This document shows positions 63,182 to 64,000 of a stretch of DNA of 64,000 bases, piece by piece; position 1 is the stretch's first letter, and the number at the start of each line of letters is the position of its first letter. The DNA is from Xanthomonas sp. (GTDB taxonomy: Bacteria > Pseudomonadota > Gammaproteobacteria > Xanthomonadales > SZUA-5), in NCBI GenBank assembly GCA_020693165.1, contig JAIMJQ010000001.1, positions 142 through 64,141 of the forward strand. The letters run 5' to 3'. Under the pieces are notes generated by a model. It ran no database searches and was not told where the DNA came from. It saw nothing but the letters and a program-made list of their open reading frames with translations. The position numbers and the translations under genes are program-made.

Positions 63182-64000
63182 ATGTCTGCTGCAGTCCCCA
63201 AGATCGGCTTTGTCAGCCTCGGCTGTCCCAAGGCGCTGGTCGATTCCGAGCGCATCCTGACCCAGTTGCGCGCCGAGGGTTACGCCATCGTTCCCAGCTA
63301 CGACTCGGCCGATGTCGTGGTGGTCAACACCTGCGGCTTCATCGACGCCGCGGTCGAGGAGTCGCTGGAAGCGATCGGCGAGGCGATGGCCGAGAACGGC
63401 AAGGTGGTGGTCACCGGCTGCCTTGGCGCGCGCGCCGGGATGATCCGCGAGAAGTTTCCCGGCGTGCTGTCGATCTCCGGCCCGCAGGACTACGCCTCGG
63501 TGCTGAATGCGGTGCACGCGCAGATGCCGCCGCAGCACGATCCGTTCATGGATCTGGTGCCGCCGGCCGGGCTCAAGCTGACGCCGCGCCACTATGCCTA
63601 CCTGAAGATTTCCGAGGGCTGCAACCACCGCTGCAGCTTCTGCATCATCCCGTCGATGCGCGGCGACCTCGTCAGCCGGCCGATCGACGAGGTGCTGATC
63701 GAAGCCGAGAAGCTGGCGCAAAGCGGGGTCAAGGAATTGCTGGTGATCTCGCAGGACACCAGTGCCTACGGGGTCGATCTCAAATACAGCGAGCGCGAAT
63801 GGCGCGGAGACAAGCGGCAGACGCGCTTCCTCGATCTGGCGTCGGCATTGGGTGAACTCGGCATCTGGGTGCGCATGCACTACGTCTACCCGTACCCGCA
63901 TGTCGACAAGGTGGTGCCATTGATGGCCCAGGGCAAGTTGCTGCCTTATCTCGATATTCCGTTCCAGCACAGCAACCCGCGCATCCTCAGGTTGATGAAG
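63182..64000 (+). CDS. rimO: Ribosomal protein S12 methylthiotransferase RimO (5' part; continues beyond window)
   Basis: My own translation from ATG 63182 gives [26 protein letters not shown]...[10 protein letters not shown]...[19 protein letters not shown] (radical-SAM CxxxCxxC). The frame is open to the window end. It is absent from the track because it is truncated. Confidence 0.93.
   Translation, partial: MSAAVPKIGFVSLGCPKALVDSERILTQLRAEGYAIVPSYDSADVVVVNTCGFIDAAVEESLEAIGEAMAENGKVVVTGCLGARAGMIREKFPGVLSISGPQDYASVLNAVHAQMPPQHDPFMDLVPPAGLKLTPRHYAYLKISEGCNHRCSFCIIPSMRGDLVSRPIDEVLIEAEKLAQSGVKELLVISQDTSAYGVDLKYSEREWRGDKRQTRFLDLASALGELGIWVRMHYVYPYPHVDKVVPLMAQGKLLPYLDIPFQHSNPRILRLMK

Noticed and set aside
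62894-63970. Upstream 359 codons of the 548-aa minus-strand ORF
   Set aside because: This part is antisense to rimO, whose radical-SAM motif and N-terminal UPF0004 pattern are clear on the plus strand. Only the 3' 189 codons (the glycine-zipper protein) are plausible.

Overview
GC-rich chromosomal segment (about two-thirds G+C by eye, not computed) from a gammaproteobacterium. From memory, the gene order resembles Xanthomonas/Stenotrophomonas-type (Xanthomonadales/Lysobacterales) genomes: fis-purH, clp, speD, coq7, rplM-rpsI, hemA-prfA, lolB-ispE-tRNA-prs-rplY-pth-ychF. This is inference; no search was run. About 60 protein genes are supportable and most are housekeeping: a DAACS symporter, a GH13 amylase-family lipoprotein, the zapB-like/zapA/6S RNA/5-FCL/EVE cluster, purH, fis, clp, speD, coq7, rplM-rpsI, ahpCF, arsR-arsC-czcD, a complete ccmABCDEFGHI operon, a GMC oxidoreductase, a LemA/M48 pair, prfA-hemA, creD, tsaB and rimO. 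There are two tRNA-Gln genes (CTG and TTG) and a probable 6S RNA. I see no CRISPR array, integrase, transposase, rRNA or recognisable prophage. Two things stand out. (1) A small accessory stretch directly after tRNA-Gln(CTG), about 17.9-22.9 kb, carries an SPFH-SHOCT / double zinc-ribbon / small membrane protein operon, a bacterial ERCC4 (XPF/Mus81-type) nuclease with an unknown partner, and an EF-hand protein. (2) The intergenic DNA holds an unusually rich set of structured repeats. The most striking are foldback elements whose two arms are complementary runs of 6-8 nt tandem oligomers (GAGGGCAC, GGTGTT, GGAAAAG, AAAACGT). They sit within a few nt of stop codons, one inside the ccm operon and one in four of the five intergenic gaps between lolB and ychF. 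I know of no described family with this architecture, but I could not search databases. Many long ORFs in the supplied track are antisense or out-of-frame artefacts of the high GC content and were rejected. The track also writes M for TTG/GTG starts, so several start codons are uncertain.
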